Origin: Minutocellus sp. GHC0000111
Lineage: Eukaryota
NCBI GenBank assembly: GCA_977018835.1
Contig: OZ361257.1
Location: 2,046,001 to 2,110,000, forward strand
DNA length: 64,000 nt
Reading direction: 5' to 3'
The position numbers and the translations under genes are program-made. The notes under the pieces were generated by a model that was not told the origin of the DNA, did no database searches, and worked only from the letters and a program-made list of their open reading frames with translations. Position 1 is the first letter of the stretch. Each line of letters starts with the position of its first letter. Below are positions 1 to 12,133 of this stretch, in pieces.

Positions 1-1
1 C

Positions 2-3000
2 GTGGTGGCGAGCCGCACTCTCACCGGCGACGGTGGGGAACAAGCCTACGTCTTTGCCGAAATCGACCAGCCCGTCGGCAAGACCGTCCGCATCAGCAAT
101 GAGGTGAGGGGGTACAAAAACCTGCACCTGTACGAGGTGGAGGTGTACGGGCCCGCCCCGCTGCCTACTAGGTCCAGCACCGTCAACCTCGCCCGGTCGT
201 GCGGCGCCGACCTCACCGGAAGCTGCCCGACGTCCCAGACCAACACCGCCTCCCCCACCGACTTAGGCCGGACGTGGGAGTCCGGCCACGGCAACGACGG
301 CATCAAGTCCCTCGAGTCCACCTTCAAAACCGACGGAGAGGGATATAGGGAGTGGACCGTCGCCTTCCAGCACGACTACAACCTCGTCGACGTCATCGTC
401 TTGACCAACCTCGACAGTCCCTGGAGCGACAGTCTGGCCGACGCCAAGGTCGACGTCCTCGACGGTACAGGAACCATCGTGGCCACCCGGGTCCTCACCG
501 GTGCGCCCGGCGAACAGACCTACGTGTTCGACGAGAAGCCCGTCGGCAAGTCCGTCCGCGTCCGCAAGACGGTCGTCGACAACAAACACCTGCACCTGAT
601 GGAGGTGGAGGTGCACGGCTTTGCCATCTACGAGAAGCCCATTGCCGGGTACCAATCGCTGAGCACCGGCGGCTGCAGTGGCCGGAACGAGCTGGGCAGC
701 ACGTTCGGCGGGTCGATGCAGGACTGCGCCGATGCGTGCGACGCCGATTCCACCTGCGTTTCCTTCGAGTACAGCAAGACCGGGACCGAGTGCATGAGGT
801 CCACCACCTGCAGCAGCCTGGACATGACCCTCAACGACCCCAACGATCCCTTCTACTTCTATCTGAAATTGCCGCAGTTGGACGGGTACGGATCGGCTTC
901 GAGCACCGGCGGCTGCAGTGGCCGGAACGAGCTGGGCAGTACCACTGGCGGGACGGTGCAGGACTGTGCCGATGCGTGCGACGCCGAACCCACCTGCGTC
1001 TCCTTCGAGTACACCAAGGAGGGCACGACCTGCCAGAGATCGACCACCTGCAACAGCCTCGACATGACCCTCAACAACGACCCTAACGATCTCTTTCTTT
1101 TCTACCTGAGGTTGGGACCGGATGGCAACCCCTACGTATACACCCCTCCTACTTCCGACGCCGACGGTACCACCGACGGTACCGCCTCTACTGGCGATGC
1201 CTCTTCTACGGGCTCCACCAATGACGGCACCGCTACCGCCGGCGATGATTCGTCTACGGGCTCAACCAACGACGGTGCCGTCTCCACCGGCGATGCTTCC
1301 ACTGGCGATGCTTCTACTGGCGATGCTTCAACTACTGGCTCCACCGGCGATGCTTCCACTGGCGATGCTTCAACCACCGCGGAAGCCGCCGAAGCCGTCA
1401 AGGCCTTTGCCGAGGCCACCGCTGACTACAAGGAGGCAGAGCACAACCTTGAAGCCATGACGACCATGTGTGCCGACCTGACCGAAACCCATGAACATCA
1501 TCTCGCCGAGTCGCAAAGATCCACCACAATGCATCAGCAGGCCGTCACCTACGAGGCCATGATGAAGGAGGCGTACGATTTGGCCATGACCAAGGATTCC
1601 ACTCCCGCAGAACGATTCCGCCTCCGCATTGAGGCCGAAGAGATGCACAAGGAGTCGGTCGAGGCCATGGAAGATGCCAAGGCCATCATGGATTCCGCCG
1701 TCGCCGCCGAGGTAGATGCCAAGTCCAAGATGGACATGTGCTGCCACGAAACCGATACCAACTGCCCCTCCGGCGGAGAGGACTGCGTTGGTATGGCCAC
1801 CATGAAGGAAGTCCAGGCCAAGCCTATCTACGAAGCCGCCAAGCGAGCAGTCGAGACCAACCCTCTGATTCCGCGAGATATCAACCCCGCGACCAAGGAC
1901 TTTGTCTACCAGGATGTCGACGGTGATCTGGTCCCCGACGCATTTGATGCCTGTCCGACCCTTGCCGGTCTTCGTCGTAACACCGCCAAGCGCACCAGTG
2001 CCGATAAGCCCGGTCCGCAGGACTTTTGTCCATCGGGGTGTCCAGAGGTTGATCAGAATAATGAGGTTGTGGACTCCGACGGAGATGGTATCAATGACTG
2101 CGAGGATCGCTGCCCCTTCAAGCCCGGTATCAGGTACAACCACAACTGGTCCTACGGCGTCGATCTGGCCACCCTACCTCGCGAGTTGGATTATAATGGC
2201 TGTCCAGACAAGGACGAAGACTGTATTCCAGATGTTTTTGATGCCTGTCCCACCCGGGCTGGCGGCAAGTGTTATTCGGGGTGCCCTGATAAGGGCATTG
2301 ATGCATCTACCAACCTTCCCTGGGACTTGGACATGGACGGTGTTTCAGATTGCGACGACCGATGCCCTGGCCACTACAACCTTGACGGGCCGAACGGTTG
2401 CGCCGATGCCGATAACGATGGCACGCCCGATTACCGTGATTACTGGTGAGTTTGTCATATATATATTTCAATTGCTCGGCGCATCAACTGTTTATATCTT
2501 TCAATTTATGCCACTTGATAATATCTCACAATCAATCGCTCTTTTCTTCCCCTTTCCAGTCTCATGAGTCCAGGTTATGCCTCCTTTTCCTTCGATCGGA
2601 AGCTCGAGGATGAGCCATCCACCCCCAACGCCGGATACTGGGTACCGGGCAAGACCAAGCATCTCCATATTTTGGGCTGTCCTGACCGTGATGGTGACCT
2701 CGTGCCCGACCAGGCCGATTTCTGCATCTTCGGCAACCAGGATGCGGCCAACTACCGTTCCCGTAGTCGGCAAGAATGGCTGTCCACTCGATAGTGACCA
2801 AGACGGCGTGCATGACGGAATTGACCAATGCGACAATACAGTTCACATCCCCAAGCCTGAGCACGGTAGAGCCCATCGAGTGTACAAGCCAGAGGCAGAT
2901 GACTACATTCCCGACACTGGGGATTATCGCCTTGGTTGTCCAAATGACTCGGATGGCGATGGGTTCCCAGATGGTACTGACCAGTGTCCTGACCAGGGCG

Positions 3001-4875
3001 GCTATGTTGATCGCGTTGGTTGCCCCGTCGATACGGACGGCGATGGTGTCAGTGACTGCTCGTCTAACGAACTACTTGACATTATCACCTGGCCTCTGAC
3101 GACCACGGCCTGCCATTCTCGAGATGCTGCCCCCGACGAATCCTGCTGCAACGTCGTCAAGGATATGTGCCCCAATACTCCCCGAGGAGCCAAGGCATAT
3201 TCCCAGGTCTTTGCTCATCCCACCCTTGGCGACATCGAGCCGGGATGTCCATTCGATTCGGACCTCGATGGAGTCTTTGACGGTATAGACAAGTGTCCAA
3301 AAACAACCCAGGTCGAATTGACCAAGGCCGCCAATGAGCCGCACAAGCTGAAAATCGACCAGGTCGGCTGTGCCCTGCTTGCCGCGAGAGTTTGGGAGAG
3401 CACCTTCGTGGGTCTGACCCCTGACACTCGACGTAGACTCCAGGCAGGCGATGGCTCGGATCTGGAGCTCGTCTTCTCCGTTGATGAGAGTCTTTCCCAG
3501 GTTCTAACTACTAATGGATACGACGTTCAGCAAGACATGGTTGCTCCGGAAGTGAAGGATGCTACTTGCCAGATGAGCATCAACGATGAGACGAAGGATG
3601 ACGAGCTCATCCCTACTACATCAAGTGTCAACGACATGGGCGATTATACTGGACTTATGCCCAATGAGCAAGTCCCTGTAAAGGTCGACCTCAGCCTGAG
3701 CGGTGGCAACATCGTTGGCAGTGACGTCTGGAGTTCTGAGCCACCCTATGATTCTGGAAGTGCAAGCTTTTGTGTCAGCGTTCCCGTCCTTGACGATACT
3801 GGAGGTAAGATCATCAATGATAAAAAGGTTCATTCAGCTACCTACAACCATCTCTTTCCCACTCATATTTATCTCACTTATTTTACAATGCATATATCCT
3901 GACGAATCACTTTCAGGACACGTTACCGAGAAGCAGATGAAGACCAATCTCGACTATGACATGAGCCAGGGTCTCGGAATGCTTGGCGAAGGCGATGTCA
4001 CTATCGAAGAGTACGAAACCATCATCACAACTACCAAGGTCATTGACATTTCGTATCCCATCAACGCCTGCCAGTGCACTAAGAACAATGAATGCGTGGA
4101 AGATTCCGACCTGGACGATTCCTTCCTTTCGCAGAGCAGCTCGCTCCGAATTTGTGTTCGCTTCGCCCCTGATGAAGAGAAGGAGGGTGCTTTGCCGCCC
4201 AATTACGTCAAGATGATGAACATCAAGAACTTCCAGTGCACTCAGAATGGAGTCACCTTCGCTGCCATTAGCAACTTCAAGCGCCAAGGCGATGGTGGCC
4301 AGCTCACTTCCGTCATGGTCATCGATGACGACCCCGAGGAAGGTTCGTACTATGGTGAGGACGATCGCATGATTTCGGTGGATTCGCGACTTCCCTCCAC
4401 CTTCTTTGGCAAGGAGGAGCGCCCCGTCACCTGCGTTGGTACCATCGTTTACGAATACGCCGACGGCGAGATCATTGACCCCAATGGCAACGTCGTTGGA
4501 CGCCGTCGTATGCTCGCCGAGGCCTTCATCGCTCCCAGCGGCCGAACCAACAGCCAGCCTGGGTCCATTGAAATCACCGAGCCGCAGGGCAAGTTCACCG
4601 TTGACGTCATGCTTGCCAAGATCGGCGCGTCGGCATCTGGCCTTGGCGCCATCGTTGGATCGGTCGTTGCCTCCGTTGCAGTGGTCGCATCCGTTGCAGT
4701 TGTCGGTGTCAAGTATGGCTCTGCCATTACTGGCTCGTTCAGCGGCAAGCCCAATGCTACTCCTTCCGCCAATTTCCACGATGTCACTGGTGATACCGAG
4801 GCCTCGTGGTCAACTTCGTCCAACCAAGGGCCCTCGTCAAGTGATTTCAACGTCAGAGTCGGCATGGTCGCGTAA
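2..4875 (+). CDS. Very large multi-exon cell-surface/adhesin-like protein, 5'-truncated: F5/8C-fucolectin-like domains, 2 PAN/apple repeats, TGDAS repeats, coiled coil, many thrombospondin type-3-like repeats, Cys-containing C-terminal domain and a TM anchor
   Basis: ORFs 2-2449, 2564-2794, 2577-3902 and 3703-4875 join through GT-AG introns 2446-2559 and 3805-3916, both of which keep frame, plus one frameshift near 2750-2765. Motifs: LHLxEVEVxG twice; CADACDA..CVSFEY twice; repeated DxDxDGxxDxxDxCP/GCP; hydrophobic GAIVGSVVASVAVVASVAVVGV near the C-terminus. Confidence 0.8.
661..1110 (+). repeat. Intragenic tandem duplication (~240-bp period) encoding two PAN/apple-like domains
   Basis: gagcaccggcggctgcagtggccggaacgagctgggcag starts at both 661 and 901, and the similarity continues to the TTCxSLDMTLN..PND motif. 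Confidence 0.9.
1186..1375 (+). repeat. Coding minisatellite, mostly 15-bp ACTGGCGATGCTTCY units (TGDAS repeats)
   Basis: Repeated actggcgatgcttc(c/t/a) units translate to a STGDASTGDAS low-complexity stalk. Confidence 0.85.
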
Positions 4876-5022
4876 ACGACGAATGAACGGCAAATTCCAA
4901 CAATCATATATGTTTCGTTCGCAATAACGACTCAAATAATTCTGATTACTTAAAGCGAATTTCAAGAGAACATAGAGAAAGATACAGTAGTGCAGTAGCA
5001 AATCAAACCCAACATCACAAAT

Positions 5023-5883
5023 TTACTTGACCGTCGACAGCTTGTCGACAATCTTCTCCTCGATCCTCTTCCAGTACTGCAATTGCGCCGTCAACCGTCT
5101 TGCCTCCTCCATGTCTTTCCTGCCATCAAACGCCTCTCCTAACATCTTCACAACCTTCCCCATCCTCTCCTCATTCTGTCCCATCAACGTCCTCAAAATG
5201 GCGGCATCATCCGATGCCTTGTCAATCTCCTCCCGTATCTCCATGACCTCCATCAGTAGGGCCATGTCGACCAACTCCGAGCAATTCTCGGTAATGGTGG
5301 CATCGTTGAGTTCCAACAGATGCTCGGCGCGGGAATGCGGGTCGGACAGCACGTCGTAGGCGCGGGTGATCGACGACGACAGTTCGTGCAGCTCGTCCAT
5401 GCTTTTCGGTGAGTGGTCGGATGTGGACGACGGATCGTGGAGAGAATGGTACCGATCGGGATGGTACTGCGCCATGAGGCGTTTGTACGTGCTCTTGAGG
5501 GCTGTGGGGTCGATTTGGTAGGTTTGCTCGGGCAAGCCCAGCACTTGGAAGTAGTTGGTGGGTCCCGATGAAGATGAATTGCCAGCGGCTGGATTCATAA
5601 AATGTCCCTCGCAATCTTCAGGACATGGTTTGCCGCAATCGTCGTGGCAGGCTGCAGACGCAGCGGCAGTGGAGAAGGTCCTACGACGGTAATAAGCGGT
5701 GGCAGATGCTGCGTCAGATGCAGAGGCAAAACTGTCGTGTTGGTATTGAGAGACCGGCACGGCGACACCTCCTCGCGACCCGGCCAAATGCAAGGGGCCA
5801 ATCGGACTCCCAATAGACGTCGAAGTAGCCTTTGATTGCCGACGTACGGCGGCGGCAGCGGCCTGGGTTATCGAGCGGCGCAT
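5023..5883 (-). CDS. HSCB: Fe-S cluster co-chaperone HscB/Jac1 (J-domain + HSCB C-terminal domain), probably mitochondrial
   Basis: NYFQVLGL...YHPDRY J-domain; RAYDVLSDPHSRAEHLL; LLMEVMEIRE...LQYW C-terminus; Arg/Ser/Ala-rich presequence. Confidence 0.9.
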   Translation of the reverse strand: MRRSITQAAAAAVRRQSKATSTSIGSPIGPLHLAGSRGGVAVPVSQYQHDSFASASDAASATAYYRRRTFSTAAASAACHDDCGKPCPEDCEGHFMNPAAGNSSSSGPTNYFQVLGLPEQTYQIDPTALKSTYKRLMAQYHPDRYHSLHDPSSTSDHSPKSMDELHELSSSITRAYDVLSDPHSRAEHLLELNDATITENCSELVDMALLMEVMEIREEIDKASDDAAILRTLMGQNEERMGKVVKMLGEAFDGRKDMEEARRLTAQLQYWKRIEEKIVDKLSTVK

Positions 5884-6088
5884 CTTCTCCTTCACTTGCT
5901 GGAAAGAATGAGCTGAGGTGCATGCTATCGACGGACAGACCTTGCTTTGTCGAGAACAAAGACGAAAGTCGAGAGTGAGATGGAAAGATGGAGTAGCATT
6001 TGCATTGACGAGCCACGTCTGGGCAACCGAATCTCTGCCTGTACAACCAATCTATCCCAATAATTACTGAAGCGTATAATCAAGCAAC

Positions 6089-6893
6089 ATGTCCGCCGAA
6101 AAGAAGACAGTGGAAGTCGATGCCAAGGGCATCCCGCTCAAGAGCGTGTATCCCGAGAAGCCGAGCGTTCCTGGTGAGTGCATGGCTGGTGTGTGTGATG
6201 TGCATGCGATGTTGATGAGGGGTGCATGGGCACTGCTGAGCACGAGTAGGATATGCCATTTGCCACCGATTCTCACGCGTTCTCTATTCCCATCTCGTCA
6301 TTGTTGTCGCAGTCCTTTATACAATGTTCACCATCATCCCCGGCGCCATCGGCCTGGCCATCGCCTACGCCATCATCACCTACGCCTCGTCCACCGAGAG
6401 CCAGTCCGCCGCCGATGCCAAGCTGAGCCTCCTGGCCACGTACGACCTGGGCTGGTTGTACCTGGGCATCTTCCTCGTCAAGCTTCTCCAATTGCCCATC
6501 GGCATCATCCTCGGCGAAGCCCGCAAGGCCTCCAAGGTCAACGTCCCCGATCAGCACGTCTACAAAGTCATGGGCAGCGAGGGGAGCAAATTGGGATACG
6601 TCCTGATGGAGACCGAGGACGATCTGGGCAAGTTCAACCGTGCCCAGAGGGCGCTGCAGAACTACCACGAGCAGTTCCCCACCATGATGCTGCAGTACGT
6701 GGCCGCCAGCTTCGTTTGGCCGTTCGAGACCTTTGGTTGCATCGCGATTTGGTCCGTGTCGTGCGTGCTGAGTGCCAGCGGATATGTGGAGAGTGCCAAC
6801 GGACGGATGAAGGGACGTCTGCCGGGATACTTTGCCGCGGCCACCGTCCAGGGATTGGTTTTGATTGCTGCATACAAGGCATTAGTGGCATAG
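6089..6893 (+). CDS. MAPEG-family membrane protein (microsomal glutathione S-transferase 3-like), 2 exons
   Basis: Intron 6174-6312 (GTGAGT...CGCAG) keeps frame. Motifs ARKASKVNVPD and FNRAQRALQNYHE; several TM segments. Confidence 0.85.
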
Positions 6894-7174
6894 AGCTCGC
6901 GATTTGTCTGGGAGCATTTGTTCGTGAAGGGTGTTCGATTTTGAGTTTTGATTGATTCAATATTACGAGCCGATGATTCTATTACGCATTGTGTGCGTAG
7001 CAAGTATCATCAGATCCACTAAGCTTGTATCATGCCAAAGAAGAAATGGGATAGCTACGTGCATGTCCAATTCAAAATCCATAACCAAAAAAAGCAATAT
7101 AGTTGCTTTAGCACTCTTTAGTAAACAAAGACGACCAATAATAAAATGAGTTTTAATTTCATGGTGAACCGGAC

Positions 7175-7915
7175 CTAATGGAGACATGTAGTTTTCGCCC
7201 TTATGATATCAAACTCAATCATAGAAGTATAGCACTACCTTACGTATCACACTCAGAAGGTATACAAAGCTTAAGCGAAGGTTCTCGTCACTACCTGCGT
7301 TCCTACGGTGCCTACTATTGCTACCGAGGGCTGAAGACGCCAAAATCTAAGATTTTAGGTGGGCTGGCGACACATAAATCTCACCCTTATGACCCCAAAC
7401 TCAAACATAGAAGCATAGCGCTACCTCAGATGTCACCCACAGAAGGTATGCAAAGCTTGAGCGAAGAGTTCCTTTGCTACTTGGCCTCCAACGGTGACTA
7501 TTATGCCTCCCGGGGGTCCGCGACGCCAGAATCTAAGATTCTGGGCGGGCTGTTGACATTTAAATCTTGCCCTTTCAAGTACAAACTCGATTATAGTAGC
7601 ACAGCGCTACCTTACGTATCACCCAAACAAGGTATCTAAGGCTTGGGCGTAGGTTTCCTCTACTACTTGGCCTCCAACGGTGACTATTATGGCTCCCGGG
7701 GGGTGACGACACCAAAATCTGGGATTCTAGGGGGAAAGGTAGCGCATAGATCTTGCCCTTTCAAGTACAAACTCGATTATAGTAGCACAGCGCTACCTTA
7801 CGTATCACCCAAACAAGGTATCTAAGGCTTGGGCGTAGGTTTCCTCTACTGCTTGGCCTCCAACGGTGACTATTATGGCTCCCGGGGGGTGACGACACCA
7901 AAATCTGGGATTCTT
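7175..7915. repeat. Tandem array of about four 186-bp units
   Basis: The anchor ctacct recurs at 7235, 7421, 7607 and 7793 (exact 186-bp period). 7565-7728 and 7751-7914 differ by about one base. Confidence 0.95.
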
Positions 7916-8232
7916 AGTATAAACGTTTACGTAGACTCTTTTTTCACATGTAGATCTACCGGTACTGACGTAACTGTACTCGAAATTGAATAGAAATCTA
8001 CAAATAAACATTACAGTTAGGGTCAAAACACCTACAGCTGTATTCAGATGCAGACCAGTAATCAGAGATCCATGAGGTACATGTAAGTGTGCAGTTCCTG
8101 AAGCATGCATCTCACTACATGTAGGATCCTACACGTGGATCCGGTCTGTTCGCCGCGGTAGTAAAGCTTTGATTGTTTACCTTTGCACACCATCACCTAC
8201 CTTCTACTAGCAGTGGCCAATTTGTAACGCAT

Positions 8233-9042
8233 TTATTCCAAATAGGTACAGATGCCAACTCCATTGATAATCTGACAAGACACCTCACCGCAATCGCAAC
8301 TGTCACTGCTGCTTTTGTCTTTGGGCACAGCACCACGAAGCAGAGAGCTACCGGCGGCTTCTCCGCTGCTGGCATTCTTCTTCTCGTCCGCGCTCGGGTT
8401 GAATATAAGGGCACAGTACATTTGAGCACTATGTGCATCAGGATCCTTGAGCGCGCACTGCGGCGTTGCTGCGACGCCGGAGGGCAGATCTGACGGGCAC
8501 GCCTGGAAGGCTGTGCATTTCGGGGCGCAGATCTCGCCCTCGATGCCCCCAATCTTGAGCGGGCGCTTTGAATTTCAATTGTGGAATAAACGGAGGATAA
8601 TGTAGGGAGGAAGCAGTGCAAAACACCATATGTGATGAGACCAAAGGGGATTGGACATGTATCATGTTATCACGCTTACATGTATGTGCATGCTTTGCAC
8701 GAGGAAGTTCGCGTTATGGCCATGCCGGGTCGTCGCATCATTCATCGCTCTACACATGCACCGGTGTGTAGATGCTGCCCTCGCACTTACCTCGTCTTTC
8801 ATGCAACCGCCATTGGTTGTTGGGTTGCCGTAGTGGGTCCTCCTGTCCTTGTCGGTCTTGTCAGAAGCAATTGCGATCGGGGGTTCCGGGCGGCGATAGT
8901 CCACGACGCCAACAAAGATGGCCTTGCGACTTCTTCCTTTTGGAATCGTTGCGCCCCGGACAGACTCCTCGGGGACCGAAAGGAGAGCAACGGCGCTGCT
9001 GTGGACTAGGACCATGGAAATCAGGGCAGCAATAGTTTTCAT
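8233..9042 (-). CDS. Small secreted cysteine-rich protein, 2 exons
   Basis: Signal peptide MKTIAALISMVLVHSSAVA; intron 8790-8566 (GTAAGT...AAAG). The spliced product reads THYGNP..GCMKDE-RPLKIGGIEGEICAPKCTAFQACPSDLPSGVAATPQCALKD...MYCALI...CGEVSCQIINGVGICTY. Confidence 0.75.
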
Positions 9043-9689
9043 GTTGGCTATGTGCTTGCGTAGGACGACTGGACGACTGGATCTACTGTGCTCTAGCTAC
9101 GTAGCTAGAGTATTAATACATGTAGGAGTGGCTGATCCTTCTTTGTGCATGTGGTTGGTATTCATGTTCCGACGAAAGAGATTGTGCTGTGAATCAAGTT
9201 TCTTCTTTCTCAATGCCAATGATTTTTTCGCATTCGGGGCCTACTTAGTGTGCATCTTCTACTAGTTTCGACTCTACCCAGACATCACATGCCCAATGGT
9301 GCGGTTGGAACGTACGGTTCGTCAGCCTGTCTCGCTGCATTGCTGTTGTTCGCTCCCTTCCGGCCGTCACTTTTTTGACGTGCGGCGGCCACAGCACCAT
9401 CTGCCAGCCGGATGACTCGCATACTTTTGGTCGCACTTTCGGTGGCCGGCCGGCGCGCGAAGCAACCGACCGGCGCGCCCAACGCGAGCCACCATGGCGG
9501 CAAAAATTCAAATTGCCGCCGCTACGTGCAGAACGAAGGCGACATCTCGCGCTGGTGTGGGAGAATTACGGCACGAGACCAACCAGGTACTCCCGACATC
9601 CTGGTGACATTCCCGTTGGTCTCGATCCATAACTCTCCATGAGCAAAAAAATAACGGCCGCAATCCCGCGGTCAACACCGCAGACACAG

Positions 9690-11280
9690 AGTTGCTGTGC
9701 AGGACGCCCTGGCTGAACTGCTCGTCAGTCTTCGCAGAAAGGAACTTCATTACTACAATTTCATCGGCAACAACAACGACTCCTTGATGAATGTGTTGGG
9801 ATGCAGTCCCATCATGTACGGCGCCGTCATGCACACTGCGGGCATCTTGGGTTTGAAGAAGAAGAAACACGAAGACTGCGACATGTGTTTTTTGTGAGGA
9901 CAGACAACCAGAATGGATGGGATGAAATGGTATCAAGACACTGCCTTGCCGACGACGTTCAGCGAACCCCATACAAAAAGAGCATGTTTGTTCGCCTCGG
10001 TTCTGTCAATCCTCGTGCAGCCGACGCTCTCCATGATGATGATGGATGGATGGCTTTCGACATGGTCACGGTCGAGCAACAATTTCGCCTCGAAACACCG
10101 CCGCCGCGGCTCAATTTGACGAAGGCATGTAATGCATTCCTCAAGTCGGTCGCACCACATATGTCGGTGGGACATGCGGCGATGGACTACGAAATCAACA
10201 ACAGGCAGATGTTGCTCGAGGCCCAGAAGTTCCCTGGTGGGCACAATGGCCAGGACGATGGGTGTGGGACAATGACGACGATGTTGGGACGGTGGGCACC
10301 CTGACCACGACGGAGGCCGGCGAGATCAGTGAGGACGATGACGACGAAGACGAGGACTATGTGCCCTGTTGTGAGGACGAAGCTGATGTTGCAAGAGAGG
10401 ACGCTACACATGAAGCATGCATGCAGCAGCGCTTTGAGAAGAATCGTCAGAAGCACGGTGATGGCGAGCCAGAGATGGGAGCTGTCGATGATGCCGAGGA
10501 TGACGATGCCCCTCACTTCCATTTCCTGAAAAAGGCCGGCATTGAGGCGGCCGACTCAGGTAAAATAAGGGCAGTGCTGGCAGAATGCTGGAGAGCTTTA
10601 TCTATTAATATTTCTGATGGCAACAACACAAGAAGAAACCAAGGACAATAGAGTTCATCCACCATGACACCTCCACCAAAGGAACTCTCCTAGAGCACAA
10701 TCGCGAGGAAGATGGCATGACGGATGACGACATCAAAGAGCTCTGCAAAGCTTGCTCTAATTTGCTCCACACTCTTGACGCAACACATTCCAGGTTTCTG
10801 AAATGGTGCATGAAATGGGATGATGAGGCAAAGAAGGCTGTGAGAGAGCTTGAAGCATTGATTGCAAGTGCCCTCAAGCAAGCACGGGCAATCGGTGTTA
10901 GCATGACGCCCAAGTGGCACTCACTCGAAGATCACATCTTGGACCAACACATTTGGCTAGTGAAGAGTGGATGGGGCGGCATCTATTGGCTCGACGAATC
11001 GTTTGTAGAGCGAGCCCACCAAGAGGGCGTTAAGGAAGATCGTCGGACTCAGGGCGTCAAGGGACATGAGGCCCAACAGACGGCGCAGTTCAAGGCTGAG
11101 GAGAGGGCATCCAATCCAAAGGTCGAGGAGAGGCGGGAGCGAAACTCTCGGGTGGCAAGAGCAAGGAAAAGGACAAGGACCGAAGCTGTTAAAGCAGAAA
11201 CTGATGACAAGCGCCAACAAATGATCATGATGGCCATCGATGGAGATGAGGATGTAGAGATGGGAGCAGGGCATGTATAA
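9690..11280 (+). mobile_element. Decayed DNA-transposase relic, RAG1/Transib/Chapaev(CMC)-like C-terminal catalytic segment
   Basis: ORF 10717-11280 contains TPKWHSLEDH...GGIYWLDESFVERAHQ, matching the HxxxxH...G...E..E..H signature around the catalytic Glu. Upstream are fragmented, frameshifted same-strand ORFs. No TIRs were found and the boundaries are approximate. Confidence 0.6.
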
Positions 11281-12133
11281 AATTAGAAAATGAAATCACA
11301 CAGCTGCTACACAACAACAAATGAATTGCACAATCCAACTTTTACAGTGTCGCGATTGAGCAAAAAAGTAAATAGTGCACCCAAACAAACACATCACGTC
11401 CTTCTTAACTCACCCATTTATCTCCCAGACCAAAAAGTCCCTTTGTCGGGTTGATTGTTGCATAAACTTATCCCAATACCATCTGTCTCTCCTCGGGCGC
11501 AAAATTGTTGTCGGAATTCCGGGAGGTCGAGTGGGGGGATGCGATCGGTCGGGATCAGCGAGAGTCGGTCATGCGGGGGGTGCGGCGCAATCCCGGCAGT
11601 TTATCATCAACAACAACGTGGGAAAGTACCAGAGGGTCTGGGGCATCACAACGGGAGCACGACGAGCACAAAGACGGAGCAATGGTGCCACCCCAGAGAA
11701 ACGAACGAACGGCCGACAGACATGGAGAGGAAAAGCAGGCCGATGGTTCGTGGCGTTGATACGCAGCGGAGGCCAATCTGAGGATACAGTAAGCTTCAAC
11801 TATATCCAAACATGATAATGAATGCGTATTTGGTACGAAAATATAGTTATGCGCCGGCGCAACGCCGACGGACCACCATGGTGTTGGACCGTTTTGGTGG
11901 GTTTCTTCGTGACGTGTTCGTCTTCTGCCGAAAAACACTTCATCCGACTGGCGAAACAAGACGAGATGGGGCTGTGCGGCGCGGCGGCTCTTCGCTGTGT
12001 GGTCTGTCCGTAGTCGCATTTTTGCAGAACAGCAGAGCCATTTTTTTGCAGAGCCCATTTTTTTGTGGGCATCTTGCGTCGGCTGTTTGCCGCTTGCCTT
12101 TGACCCAACCGAAGAGCGGGCAGAGCGGGACAC

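Noticed and set aside
7175..7915. CRISPR array, or a 62-aa repeat protein (ORFs 7178-7639 and 7643-7825)
   Set aside because: The units are contiguous with no unique spacers, no cas genes are present and the context is eukaryotic. The best-conserved units contain in-frame TAA stops.
11343..11368. RSS-like heptamer/nonamer (TACAGTG...GCAAAAAAG) downstream of the transposase relic
   Set aside because: The heptamer lacks the invariant CAC, the spacer is about 10 nt, and no matching inverted copy was found on the left side.
11375..12130. Overlapping short ORFs upstream of the DHHC gene
   Set aside because: No motifs and no consistent frame; probably promoter or intergenic sequence.
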